The notes: generated from the sequence alone by a model not told the origin. Positions 1 to 13,142 are shown, counted from the stretch's first letter. The stretch: 64,000 nt of DNA from Azolla caroliniana (GCA_043228905.1 JBHGNT010000013.1:14446001-14510000); one strand, 5' to 3'. Translations and numbers: made by a program.

Positions 1-419
1 TGATATGTGTTGGAGGGTTTATTGGCAGAATTCAGATAATAACATGTGTCTTATTCTGGTGAAACTGTGTAAAAAGATGGGAATATCCACCGAAGAGGGT
101 GATGTATGGCTTTAAACCTATCCGATGTGTCTATGCCACCAAGAAGGAGATTGCCTAAAATACCAGTTCAACGTAAGGAGCTCAAGTCAAACATTGATGT
201 TGTCCCCCTAACATCAGATTCAGATGATGTTGCATTAGATGTAGCCACGGTACAAATTCAGCACACCAAGGTCGTAAGAACGTGGATCCAAACACCGGAC
301 AAACATTTTCCTAGGTTGTTTATTTGTGTTTGTCAATTTGTATCCTACTAACTGACATTAAGTTTGTTTTAATTCATGATACACGCATGTTTCTATGCAT
401 ACAAATACCAGCTGACCTA

Positions 420-960
420 TGCATGACGCGATATGGACATTGACATTACAGAGTCAGAACATGAGACAATGATGGAGAAATGGCATCAACGTGGATGATG
501 ACATTATTCACCATGTTTATGGAGTACTCGTTGCCACCTAAGGTGGCAGAATGGTTCACCATAGTCGACCCACTATGGGTGTAACTACACAAGCAAACGA
601 CGAAGGGGCAAGACATCCTTGGGAAGATGGTCGAGCGTGATTTCATCTTCATTTCAATCGTGGTTCAGGGCCATTGTGTGTTGTGGACAAAGATGCGGCA
701 CAAAGTTTCTAAGGTGACCAACAAAGTAGTCTTCCCCACTAAACAACGCGTCCACTGGCAACGTCTTGAGTCTTGCAGAGATAGTGATTCGGACCATTTC
801 TAGTGAACCGTCAGACCACGCCATTGTCCCCGAGGGTCGACATCACGTATTGCACATCCCAACTCGGCCAAATGGTTGGGGTTGTGGCTTTTACATGATG
901 AAGACTATACACATGTTGGTTCAGGAGTTCTTACAAGGATGGATATCTCCAGCTTTTGTA
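420..960 (+). pseudogene. Degenerate Ulp1/peptidase C48 (SUMO-protease-like) coding remnant
   Basis: Frameshifted fragments FTIVDPLW (~555-580), FIFISIVVQGH (~640-675, catalytic His context) and IPTRPNGWGCGFYMMK (ORF 766..1080, resembling the Q-NG-DCG-Y catalytic Cys motif). Confidence 0.55.
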
Positions 961-1194
961 AGTGTAGTTGCAAATGGATGTATTATGTGGATTTTGTATA
1001 GCTGTGTATATTTGGTGATAGGGCATAGAGATGCAGTTCACCAAACACAAAGTGGATTCACTTCGGATTCATGTGGATGAGTGGGCATGAACGGTATTGG
1101 GATTTCCAATTGCAATGGCCCCATATTGTAAATTTTGTCATGGTTGTCATGGCCATAAATATTTTGTATACAACGGATATTGTCATGAATACTG

Positions 1195-1262
1195 GTCATA
1201 CCAAATCTCGAACCCTCAACCTTGGCACTCATCTCATAACACCTTACCCACTAGGTCATTTA
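1195..1262 (-). promoter_or_regulatory. tRNA-like Pol III-type cassette in LTR A (antisense to LTR)
   Basis: Minus strand reads TGACCTAGTGGGTAAGG (A-box-like)...AAGGTTGAGGGTTCGAGATT (B-box-like) with tRNA-like spacing; degenerate. Confidence 0.55.
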
Positions 1263-2218
1263 GATTATATAATAATAATTTATGTCTATTGAGTGGCAAG
1301 CTCAACTGGAGCCGGATCAGCTGAATAAGCCTGAGCCGGCAAGCGAGACGGATCGGTAAGCTGTGAGCAACCGAGCCGGCAAGCAATAGAGCCGGTGAGC
1401 TGGGGAGCCGATTAGCCGGATCCAATCAGTAACCGGAAGCCTAGTATTAGTGTAGACTACTAGGCAATTATAGTCTCGTAGTAAGTGTCAAATGCTCGTG
1501 TGAGCATTGAAGTACGCGGTACTTCTATTAGTCCCACGAGGACTTGTATAAATGATGCTACTGAACATATTTGTATGTACAGAGTGTTTTTATATATTTT
1601 TGAATATAGCTCTGAGGTTCTGCTCTCTCTGTCTCTCTCGCGTACTCTGTGTATTCCCTGCTTTCTCTGTTTTCTAACACTTCCGCAAGTAATCGTTTAC
1701 ATGGTATTAGAGCGCGAGGGTTGAGAACCTCCTTTGCAGTCGACAAACGCTTGAAAGCAAACCCTAACAGGTCGTAAAACAGCAGACAGAGAAGTAATGG
1801 ATAGAGGGATGGCTAGCTCGCTCCCTGTGGAGAAACTCGACAGATCCAACTATGCATCTTGGTCGTATAAGATGCACCAGTACCTGCTTGGGCATGGCTA
1901 CTGGAGTTTCGTCGAAGGAGCCAATGAAACAGCACCTGATGCAGCACATAAGGACTTCCCAGTGTGGGAACAATCGGCAAGCAGAGTGATGTACTACTTC
2001 GCGTCCACTGTCGGAGACCAGCTGCTGAGCCACATCCGAGACGCCAAAACGCCGAAGGAGGCTTGGGGGAACCTGAAGAAGGTTTTCGCCGTGAGCACTA
2101 CAGCCCGAAAGCTGCAACTCAGACAGGAGTTGAGCAATGTCCGACAGAAGGATATGTCGGTGGCGGATTACACGACCCAGATCAAAGAGATCTATGACTC
2201 GCTTGCCTCTCTCAACGT

Positions 2219-3023
2219 TGTCGTGCCTTTCGGCACCAGATCGTTTGCGTGAGTCGGGTGGGAACCGCTGGGGTTTTGGACTAGGAAGAGGAGAGTTTTA
2301 AGGCTAATAAGAATATAAATATGTTGTACGAAAGAGTTATAGCAAACTCGTGAATCCCACGAGTGTATTGTATTAGATTAATCAATATGAATATAAGAAT
2401 ATAAATTTGGGTTGAAAGAGAATGATATAGAATCCTCATGAATCCCACGAGTATAGTTTATTAATTGGTGTTTTTTAGAAACATATCCAGTTTCCAAATA
2501 TTTTTTTACACACCTATTACATTGTGCTCCCCATCCTTATATGGTGATGAGAGAGTTCTCACAATCCATGCTTTTTCTTCTCTAACTATAGACTCCATGC
2601 TTTTCCTATAGATAGACTATATGCTTTGTCTAAAGTGATCATGCTTTTTTTTATCTAACTTGTATGGACTATATGCTTTGTCTAAAGTGATCATGCTTTT
2701 TTTTCTAACTTGTGCATTTTTTTATCAACTATAGCGTTCATGCACGCTAGATGTGCATGCATAGCTTTTTCTTTTAGCATGCGTTTTCTTTTAACTAAAG
2801 TTTATCCTAGATGAACTAACATTTCTATGTGGAACATCTATTTTTTAACACTAATGAAATGCTAGTGTAATGGTAAGGTCTCACATTATTAACATGGAGG
2901 TGCAAGGTTCGAATCTTGCCTTATGCATGTATTATTTATTTTGAGATTTTCTTCTATTTCTTCATATTTACTAAAACGTTACTTGATAAGTTTTTCATGT
3001 AGCGTACGAAATACACTACGACA
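2219..3023 (-). mobile_element. Solo LTR C inserted in Copia-1 gag
   Basis: TGTCGT...ACGACA termini; 4-bp TSD ACGT (2215-2218) / ACAT (3024-3027, one transition); removing it restores gag LNVTVEENEMV in frame. Orientation inferred from the minus-strand TATA-like and CT-rich tracts. Confidence 0.85.
2856..2927 (+). promoter_or_regulatory. tRNA-like Pol III-type cassette in LTR C (antisense to LTR)
   Basis: TAGTGTAATGGTAAGG (A box, 2863-2878) and GCAAG-GTTCGAAT-CTTGC (T-arm hairpin with B box, 2902-2919). Confidence 0.7.
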
Positions 3024-6000
3024 ACATTACCGTAGAGGAAAACGAGATGGTACATGTATGTCTTGGGGGCCTGGCGTCTAACTTCAGAGCGTTCCGAACG
3101 GCGGTGTGTACAAGGGAGAATACGCCGTCATTTTTCGACTTACAGTCGATGCTCCTTGTAGAGGAGAACCATGCTGGTGCATCAACTAGTGCACCCACTG
3201 ACAACCGGATGTTGTACACGGAGGCAGATCGGTCCCGTGGGCGTGGTGGACGAGGCGGGTCGGCACGCAATGGAGGCGGTCGGCAAGAGCAAGAACGAAG
3301 GCACAAAGAACGTGCCGACAACAGTTCCGGGACTCCCATAGGCAGGGGGAGTCATGGCGACACCAGAAGACGGCAAGAGAAGTCAGGAATGGAACGCTGG
3401 TACTGTGGCAAAAAGGGCCACCGAGAAAGCGAGTGCTGGAGAAAACGAGCCGATTCGGACAAATCCGGATCCGGCAAGGCCGGCAAGGATGGCCGGCAAA
3501 TCTCGCACTACGCGAAGGGATTGGGAGGATCCAAGAACGGTAACGGGCCAGCCTTGGTGATGAAGCACAAGACAAACTCGATGAAGAAGACCACTTCCGA
3601 ATCGGAGGAAGTGTGGTATGTTGATTCTGGTGCGTCGAACCACATGACGAGCCACAAAGAGTGGTTCTCCTTCTTGGAGAAACCGGATCAACCAGGAGTA
3701 GTCGAAACCGGAGACGACACTCCTCACCCAATCGTGCACGTCGGAGAAGTCCCTCTGAGCCACGTCGGACTGAAGGGGAAGCTGATGAACGTATTGCACG
3801 TTCCGACAATCATGAAGAACCTGGTGTCGGTCGGACAAATCATCGACCAAGGAATGCAGGTGCAGTTTACGCACCTCGGGTGCTTCATCGAGGAAGAGGG
3901 CCAGATTATTGTGCAAGGGCGCAGAGACGGGAGGATGTTTATCCTCGACACCAATGACGTTGGCACCGCTCTGTTTGCAAAAGGACAAAAGGTCGAATCG
4001 GACATTGACCTCTGGCACAAGCGGATAGGCCACGTCAATTATTGGAGGCTTCAAGACCTGCAAACGAAACAAGTTGTTTTCGGTTTGCCGATGTTCAGCG
4101 GCCGGAAGGCCCAAGTATGTGAAGCCTGCCAACTCGGGAAGCAACACCGGCTTCCATTCCCTACCGAACGTAACCGGAGCCGTAACAAGCTCGACCTAAT
4201 CCATTTGGATGTGTGGGGACCGGCACAGAATATTATTCTTGGCGGGAGTTGATATTTCGTCTCCTTCATCGACGACTATACGCGGCACACATGGATCTAC
4301 CTCATTGAGCGGAAGAGTGAAGTCTTCGAGTGTTTTCGGAGTCTCCAAAGCATGGTGGAAAGGGAATCGGAGAGGAAGATCAAATGCCTGCAGTCGGATG
4401 GTGGGAAAGAATACTTTTCCGGCCAATTCAATAGTTATCTGCAGCAAACGGAAATTCGGCGAGAGTTCAGCTACAGATATACACCGCAACAGAACGGTGT
4501 TGCCGAGAGGAAGAGCCGGTCGCTTATCGATGCGGCGAGGGCAATGTCCGAACGGCTGTCTACATCCAGAACCGGATCGGTGACAAGGTGTCAGCTCACG
4601 AGTTGTATTTCGGGCGGAAGCCGAATTTGAGACACCTTAAGATCTTCGGTTGCATTGCATATGTGCATGTACTGGATGAGAAGCGTAGGAAGCTGGATGC
4701 AAAATCGGAAAAATGCATCCTAGTCGGCTATGCTCAAGAGCAAAAGGGTTATAAGTGTTATAACCCCCGGACAAGGCAGGTCCGAGTTAGTCGAGATGTC
4801 GAGTTTGATGAATCAGCATCGTGGTACTCCTTACCGACTCCGACTTCCGAATCTGGCTCGATGCTGGAGGATGAGGTTAGTGGGCCTGATCCGGTCCAGG
4901 TAGAGGATGATGAAGCGTGGACTTGGGATGAGAGTCCGGAATCGTTCCGGTTGAGCGGGCCGAACGAGAGACTGAGTCAATCTGACCAGTCCGATGAGGA
5001 ACCGGCGAGTAGTGGAGACTCTGTCGTGCACTCCCCGCGCAAGGAACCGAGGAGACGGTTCACGCACAAAGAGAAGGGGAAGAAGAAGATGCCGGAATTC
5101 GAAACCGGCAACGATGAGTCGGATCGATGTGCATCCAACTCCGACAAGGAGAAAGGCGGATCTTCAGCAACGAAGACCGAACCGGCCAAGAAGGGCCTCA
5201 AACCGGGTAACGGTGAGTTACGGCGGTCCACCCGCCAGAAGGATCCCGTCAAGCAGTACGGGTACAATGAGTACATGGTGCATCACTATGCGTACATGAT
5301 TAAGGTGGCAGAGGTGCGTGAGTCGAAGAGCTACGCAGAAGCGGCCAAGGACGCAAATTGGCGTGCCGCTATGGAGCAAGAAATGCAGGCACTTGATGTC
5401 AATGAGACATGGGAACTGGTTGACCCTCCTCGTCACTGTAAACCGATCGGATGCAAGTGGATATACAAGGTAAAGTACAACGCCGACGGTTCTGTTAATC
5501 GGTATAAAGTTCGGTTAGTGGCGAAGGGATATGCGCAGACCCATGGAATCGACTACGACGAGACCTTCGCTCTTGTAGCGAAGATGACGACGGTTCGAGT
5601 GGTGCTGGCGATTGCTGCAACAAGGGGGTGGCATCTTCATCAGATAGATGTGAAGAATGCCTTTCTTCAAGGTGATCTTGAAGAAGAAGTCTTTATGACT
5701 CAACCTCCCGGTTTTCAATCAGAGATGAACAAGTCGGCGATATGCCGGCTAAAGAAGTCGTTGTACGGCCTGAATCAAGCCCCTCGAGCTTGGAATGCGA
5801 AGATTACGCACCGGTTGCGTAAGATGGGTTTTTTGGCCTCCAAATCGGACTCTTCATTGTTCATCCGACAAGGCTCAGCCGGTCCGGTATGTATACTAAT
5901 GTATGTTGATGATCTAGTCATCACCGGACCGGGTGTTCCAGAAATCAACCGCGTCAAGTCCCAGTTGTCGGACGCATTTGAGATGAAGGATCTAGGGGAC

Positions 6001-9000
6001 CTTCATTATTTTCTAGGGATCGAGGTGATCCGAACCCCGGACGGCATATTGCTCTCACAACGACATTACGTCTTGAATATGTTGTACAAGTTCAGCATGA
6101 CAAAATGTTGACCTGTATCCACACCCTTGGACCGGAACCAGAAGATTCGTCCCAACTCCGGATCGGCCTGCAACGAGCACCAGTTCTGACAGATTGTCTG
6201 AAGCCTTATTTACTTGACTATCACGTGACCCGACATCAGCTATCTGGTCGGAATGATAAGTTAGTTCATGCAGAAGCCGACCGTGGAGCACCTTCAGTGC
6301 GCGTAAAGGATATTATCGTATGTCAGCGACACGAAGGACCAGGGACTGTTATACCAGAGCGGTATACCCGAAGAGCTCGTCGGTTACACGAATGCCGACT
6401 AGGCCAACGATGCATCAGATCGCCGATCAACCTCCGGTTACATGTTTTCCCTATGTAGCGCGGTTGTTGCGTGGAGCAGCAAAAAGCAGCCAATTGTTGC
6501 TCAGTCGAGCACTGAGGCTAAGTATCGGGCGCTACCATTGCCACTTGTGAAGCCATTTGGCTTCGACGACTGCTACAAGACCTACGGATCGAGGTACTGA
6601 CCCCGATTCTGGTCTACTGCGATAATATAAGTAGCATGCAACTCGCCAAGAACCCTGTATTCCATGCTCGCACAAAGCACATAGAAGTGCACTATCACTT
6701 CGTGCGTGAACCTGTCCTGAGCGGTGAGGTTGAACTTCGGTATGTTCACACGGATCGGCAAGTTGCCGACATCTTCACCAAAGCACTCGGATCGGACAAT
6801 TTGCAACACTTCACCGAAATGCTTGGTGTTCAACATCTCGACGTGCCACACTTGAGGGGGAGAACAAGCAAAGACACCGGAATGGGCAAAGGCAAAGAGA
6901 CTGCCGATTGCGCCGATGAGGGAAGAATAGGGGGCGGTAGAGTCAAGAAGGACAGAGCCGACCGAAGGAGAAGGCCAAGACCCGGACATGGTCCGATGTG
7001 GTGAAGGACTTGGAACCAGAAGACGAATCGGGAGCAACCGATTCGGACAAGAGCTGGAACGAATCGGAGACAGTCGATTCGGTTCAAAAGACAGATTCGG
7101 AAGAACCGGATCAATTCAAGGCCAAGCAGACACGGATGCAGCAAAAGTCGATGCCATTGCGGAGGAACCGACGGATCGGCAAGCGTCGGAGTCATAGCAG
7201 CGAAGGAGCTGAGAGGGGCCTATTGAGCAGACATACCGACCGAGAAGGTCGAGGCGCGCAAAATAAGAGGGGTTGCGGCAAACAAAACCGGACTAGACGA
7301 GGAGCGCGAGCAAGGCGGAGCGACGCCATGAGAAGTCGGTTGGAAGAACTGACTGCCACATAGACTGACACCAGGATCCAACCTCAAGTTGAGCTTGAGG
7401 GGGAGTGTTGAGCGGCAAGCTCAACTGGAGCCGGATTAGTTGAATAAGCCTGAGCTGGCAAGCGAGACGGATCAGTAAGCTGTGAGCAACCAAGCCGGCA
7501 AGCAACAAAGTCAGTGAGCTGGGGAGCCGGTTAGCCGGATCCAATCAGTAATCGGAAGCCTACTATTAGTGTAGACTACTAGGCAATTATAGTCTCGTAG
7601 TAAGTGTCAAATGCTCGTGTGAGCATTGAAGTACGCGGTACTTCTGTCAGTCCCACAAGGACTTGTATAAATGATGCTACTGAGCATAGTTGTATGTACA
7701 AAGTGTTTTTATATATTTTTGAATATAGCTTTGAGGTTCTGCTCTCTCTGTCTCTCTCGTGTACTCTATGTATTCCCTGCTTTCTCTGTTTTCTAACGCT
7801 TCCGCAAGTAATCGTTTACAATGTCATTATTAAGAGATGTATGCATACAACATTATAGAACACTCTGGAACATTATGGAACATTTTGGAACATTCTAGAA
7901 CATTTAAGGAAACTCATGAAAGTATGACACGTGACATTGCTTGCTCTTGCATGCGTCATCACCTACTCCTATAAATTGAAGCCCCTCACTATTTTCAAGT
8001 TATTCCAGTTCATGTCACAGAAGGGTAGACCAGGACAAGGATAAGTAGGCGAGCTAAATATTAAGAGAGAGCGAAAGATAGATATATAGATATAGATAGA
8101 GCATAGACAAGAGAACAAGAGAGAGAGGAGGTAGAAAAAAGAGCAAGAACTAAATTATGCTTCCGTAACTGGTGTTGTTCACCTTGATTGTAATCAAGGT
8201 GCACCGAAGTATTTATACAAGAATGTGAACATGTTCACGTTCAGAAGTGGAAGGATCGCGCATTCCACTTTTAGATTCCCTTTGTAGTCACACAATTTTA
8301 GCCAGTTGTGAAATCGGGCGTGCACCAATATCACATGATCAACCAAAGATGGTGAATTTATTGATTTATTAATCCGATGCATCTCTATACCTAGAGAACA
8401 TGCTATTTATTGGAGAAAATATAAATGTATGAGATTTATTTTTGCAATGTTTACAAATTTAGGGTTGGGGTTTACCGTGCATTCATTTGATACAAATTAA
8501 TTATTTGAGGAAAGCATTAACAAGCATGGATTCCATTTTCGTGAGATGTAAAATGCAAAGGTTTGCAAAGGTTTACAATGGTTAAGATTTCCAAGAGAGG
8601 TGTATATGCTATTTGAGAAATTGATATTTATATATTATTGAATACAATACATCACAATTAATCCTTAGTAAAGATCATTAGGATATAATACCAAATGTAT
8701 ATGTTCATGACAACACATGAAAATTAGAAGTAGAAAGCATACTCGTAACTATTAGTTTACATGACATTAGACATAAAAGAATATACCCAAAACATATATG
8801 ACAATTATTAAGGCATAGGCAATGCTAAATTTTTGGGTGCCAAAATAGAGACAACACTCCAGTAGTAACGTTGAAACATCTATTAAAATTTTCATTTGAT
8901 TGTGTACACATAAACACTAAATCAAGAAGTTAAACACATATATACAAATGGAGTACTAATAATCTATACAGAACACACATTGATAGCCCTCCATACATCC

Positions 9001-9380
9001 AGTCTAGACAACCATCAACCATAGAAACATGATTGTTGTTGTATAATCCCCTCCAATAAAGCAAATACTCCCCAATATCTACCAATGCATCCTTCAGTCC
9101 CACTATAAGTTTTGGACGTGGATCTTATGTAGTTCTCTGATCTCCAAAGGACGATGTCCTATATTCTCATCCAGAGGGGGGCGATGGATGTGGGTTATCA
9201 GAATGTTCCCTTACATAGAAGCTTTCTATGGATGATGGCCCTTCTTATTTTATTTTGTTCTGATGACAACACACCAAACGCAAGCTCTACTCCTAGTGTA
9301 GATCGAGCCTCATCATGTTCTGTTGAACTCGATGACTCAGAATCTGACATTCTTGTCACCTTCTTTTTTTGAGACCTGGA

Positions 9381-9952
9381 CTACACAACATATTTCTTTA
9401 TTGGTGCTTTAACAGGTGATAAAGAGGCTGCCTTCAAATTAACATGGCCTTGAATATATGGCCTCAGTGTTGTTATTAGGTTGGTACTTGTCTCAATAGC
9501 ATTCCAAAAGGATTCTGGCCCGCATGAATCCTTCAACAAGTAGTGTTCGGAGACGATCATCTTATGGACTCCTTTTGTACAGTTGACTAACACAATCAAA
9601 TTAGTTGAGTTCGCGTCTTCATAGTCAAGCCGCAAAATTTTGCCATAGCTAAATGGTCGATCTTGGGCAAGCATCCCATGTCCAACCAGTCTAGAAACTA
9701 AGAGTACTACCTTCTTTTTACATATTGCAATGCCCACTCGTGTCCAATTAAGTCTCTGTCCAGCTGGTCTTCACCTCCTCTAGCCGTGACAGATATCATT
9801 TGACTAACTTCGTAAGACGGTTGCCTCACGACTTCATCCTCAAACACGAATTTCTTTCCCTTTTGCGGATACGTGACAACATGGATCTTTGTTGTCTCTG
9901 GAGGAGAGCTTTGATACTTAATCCAAATTTTTTTGAGCGGCCTCTCCTCCAT
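9381..9952 (-). pseudogene. Possible second, frameshifted ORF of the Sola-like element (unknown function)
   Basis: Overlapping minus-strand ORFs 9707..9952 and 9381..9737 with protein-like composition; no recognised motif. Confidence 0.3.
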
Positions 9953-10231
9953 AGGATCAGTCGACCTACATGAAATAATAGAAGAGTGAACCTAAACCTA
10001 CATTCTCTCAAATGATAATGTATTGTAAGATGGTAAGGTTTGGAAACTGAGAATTCAAAAAATAGCTTGGCCTCATTAAGCTCTTGCCTAATAACTTGTG
10101 TAAGGGACCTACTTAAAGGGTGTAGTAATAAGGTCAAAAACCTAGTAAGAGGCACTGGAAAGGGAGTTCAGATAACGGAATAGTGAAACCTAAACCTATA
10201 TCCTCCTAACTGGCAATGGTAGTAAGGTAGT

Positions 10232-10702
10232 TGTCAAGACTGAGAGAGAGAAAGAGAGAGAAAAAGAGATAGAGAGATAATTGAAAGAGAATTATTATAT
10301 TGAAGCGTAAAATAGATTACAAAGAGTAGGCTACAAAATGGCGTTGAACCAATTTAGGTTTGGGATGGGTGGTAGATCCCTATTTATAAGTAATAGAGAA
10401 CACTCTAGAATATTCTAGGTTATCCTAGAATGTAGAGTAATCTAGAAGATCTCTAGAGTATTCTAGAAGGTTCTAATGGTATAGAACACTCTAGAATATT
10501 CTAGGTCATTCTAGAATGTAGAGTAATATAGAATATTCCTATGATATTAGATTTCATATTCTAGAGACTATACATATAAGAATATTAATACAATGGTTAA
10601 GGATTTGACATGTGTACAACAAGGTCGTGGGTTCAAATCCTTTCGAGTCATAATGTGAGTGTCATGATCCTTTCGATGCATGATGTGACTGTTATCATGA
10701 CA
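10232..10702 (-). mobile_element. Solo LTR D inside the Sola-like element
   Basis: TGTCAAG...CATGACA termini; perfect TSD GTAGT (10227-10231, 10703-10707); TCTAGAA repeats 10400-10565; minus-strand TATA (CTATTTATAAG, ~10380). Confidence 0.9.
10584..10652 (+). promoter_or_regulatory. tRNA-like Pol III-type cassette in LTR D (antisense to LTR)
   Basis: TAATACAATGGTTAAGG (degenerate A box)...AAGGTCGTGGGTTCAAATCC (consensus B box GGTTCAAATCC at 10630-10640). Confidence 0.65.
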
Positions 10703-11109
10703 GTAGTAAGGTGGTATGGTAATGTTTTGGCCTCACTTCAGTCTTACAGTATGCACATTCCTAGTAAATGAAGGTGGTATGGTGTGCCAAATTAGCAATC
10801 CAGTAATGTTTTGGCCTCATTTCAGTGTTACAATAAGCACATTCCTAGTAAGTAGTGTAAAGGACTTGTAGGATGGGGGAAACAGGGTTAGAAACCTAGG
10901 AACTTGATTACAGGGCAAGATAAATGTATATCTAACGTCTCTGAGTTCTCTAAACCCTCAAATTACTAGAATTGTGACATCCCCATTAGTGTCCAGATCT
11001 CAGATTGCAAGCCAAATTCTACTGTATTTTGACCTTAATTCAGAATTTCTAAACATGTTTTTACTTCTTATTTTTAGCCTAATGTTTGCTTTCGTGTTTC
11101 TGATGACAA

Positions 11110-12700
11110 CGACAAAGAAGGAGAAGACGTGTCTACCTCATCTTAAACGTCTTCCTAAATATGTCAACGATGATTGTCTCATGCAGATGCACTTGGTGGG
11201 TTGTTTAGCATATAATGGAAGTGTTAAGCCTCATGTCTTTGTTACCTACCCAAATGTCCACAATGACCCTAGTTTAACAGTCATTGTGATTCAAAAAGTT
11301 TTTATGTCTTGGGGGCAGTCTTTGCCGCTGACTTTATATATTCAACTTGACAATACTGCCTGTGAAAACAAAAATTCTATTGTCTTTGGTTATCTAAGAA
11401 TGTTAGTGAACCAAGGAATTTTTAGGAAAGTGAAAGTTAACTTTCTATTGGTTGGTCACACACATGACCATATCGATCAGATGTTCAGTAACTTCTCTAG
11501 GCAGTTATCATGATATGATGCTTTCACGTTACCTAAGTTGTTCGACATCATTCATGATGCATATACGCCATGCCCAATTGTGGAACACTTGAAGGAAATA
11601 TATGATTTCAAGAGATACATCTCAGATGGTGGAGAGCGAAATGCCAAGTGTTAACGCCATTAAATAATATAAGTTTCAACCACGTATTCTTAATAATAAT
11701 AGAATGATCATAATGGTTGTACATTATTATATGCAAAGCAATATTCATCCTCCCCCGAATGGGAGCCTAAAGGCGGGTGTCAGTTTCTACTTCATATGCC
11801 TTCTACTTTTGTTTATGGTGCAGGACAAATGTCGATTGAGACTAAAAAAGTGGTCACCAATGTACTAGCTGATAATCAAAAGGACATTTGGATGCAAGCG
11901 CTACAAGACAAACGCAAGCACATTGATAATGCGAAGAAGTGTGTTGGGGAACAAGACACGTCATGCTGGGATGTGTTCTTTACAGATCAAGAACAAATTG
12001 TTGACAATTATGTCCTTGGTACTTGGATCGTGCAAATCCCCTTCGCATGGAATATACAACAATGTCGTAATTCTCAGACTTCTCCTCTTGCACCTAATGC
12101 GATTAATGATAGCTTGCTCCATCCACCACAAAGGGACATATATGTTGTCCAGGCTGACGAAAATAACGGAAACGAGGTGGCAAGGAAACTTGCAAGAATT
12201 GAAGGTGGGTATGTTAATTGCTACACCTGGTGATGATAATGAGCTGGGACATCAATTTTGGATTGGTAAGTTTATAGATGTGGTGATGCATGAGAACCAA
12301 AGCCAAATCCAGTCTATAAAGGTGCATTGGTACAACACTAGAAGCAAAAATGCCTTTACCGGCAAGTATGCATTAGAGATGATGGAATGCCCATAGTCAA
12401 GGGGGAATAAAAAGAGGAAAAGAAATATTCGTAGCACTTCATGCCTAGACATTGGTGACGTAGATATTATTGTTTACGACTTCACACTAACAAAAGTTGG
12501 ACGTCTCAGGAAGTCTACAATAGATATCATCAAGGAGAAATTACCTATTCTACAAGGGGTCTCAAGTCGAAGGCAAACAAGATCGTCAACACATAACATG
12601 GAATGTCAACATCTAGTTTTAGATGAAGACAATGCCTTAATAGGTACATCCGAAGATGACGAGGAACAATCCGCATTGTTTATTAGTTATAGTAGCGACT
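11110..12700 (+). pseudogene. Sola-like/DUF7869-type transposase, 5'-truncated and frameshifted
   Basis: KTCLPHLKRLPK...LYIQLDNTACENKN...FLLVGHTHDHIDQMFS in ORF 10974..11513, continued by ORFs 11796..12233 and 11923..12396. Confidence 0.7.
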
Positions 12701-13142
12701 CTGGATCATGATACGAGTGATTTTTGTAAATGTTACACTCGTCAATGTAATTTTGGTATCTATTGTAAGAGAGTGCCGTTTGTAATACTCAAAAGATGTA
12801 AAAGTTATGTTTAGAAATATTATTGCTTTGTACAAACATTGTTTGTTATAAAATACATTACTTCTTGACTTCTCAGTGATAGTGAACATTGTATCATTTT
12901 GATTATAGCATAATTTTAGCGTTTTTTCAAGTTTAGGAAATGATGAATTTTTGAGGTTTTCCAATAGTATTTTGAGAACATGTGATACTGGTATCATTAT
13001 GTTTTGTGAATAGAGTACCTAAACCCCAAAATTAGAAGGAATATTCCTTATCCTTCCATTTTTGCGTGATCCTTCCACTTTTGAACGCGAACGTGTTTGT
13101 GGTGGTATGCATGCAAGCTAGGAAACATATAGAGAGTGCATG

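Larger units (their letters stand above)
1797..6862 (+). pseudogene. Copia-1 gag-pol polyprotein, interrupted by stops, frameshifts and a nested solo LTR
   Basis: ORFs 1797..2252 (gag), 3047..4252 (zinc knuckle, WYVDSGAS protease, GAG-pre-integrase), 4352..4630 (integrase), 4588..6111 (RT with YVDD) and 6636..7004 (RNase H, KHIEVHYHFVRE). Confidence 0.95.
1287..7820 (+). mobile_element. Full-length Ty1/copia LTR retrotransposon (Copia-1), decayed
   Basis: 415-bp LTRs 1287-1701 and 7406-7820 (about 5-6% divergent by eye, mostly transitions); TSD ATGTC (1282-1286, 7821-7825); tRNA-iMet PBS TGGTATTAGAGC 1702-1713; PPT GAGGGGGAG 7397-7405; domain order gag-PR-IN-RT-RH. Confidence 0.97.
8228..13097 (+). 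mobile_element. TIR DNA transposon, Sola-like (DUF7869-type transposase)
   Basis: ~34-bp TIRs AACATGTTCACGTTCAGAAGTGGAAGGATCGCGCA (from 8228) and TGCGTGATCCTTCCACTTTTGAACGCGAACGTGTT (to 13097); 4-bp TSD TGTG (8224-8227, 13098-13101). Confidence 0.75.

Noticed and set aside
1485-1724. Duplicated small ORFs (1485..1724 and 7604..7858; 1234..1425 and 7293..7544)
   Set aside because: Chance frames inside the two LTR copies of Copia-1.
3186-4147. Long antisense ORFs over copia pol (3186..3809, 3383..4147; also 19220..20185)
   Set aside because: Shadow frames of GC-rich gag-pol with no recognisable motifs.
6998-7363. env-like gene of a Sirevirus
   Set aside because: Short and hydrophilic, with no transmembrane or signal segment.
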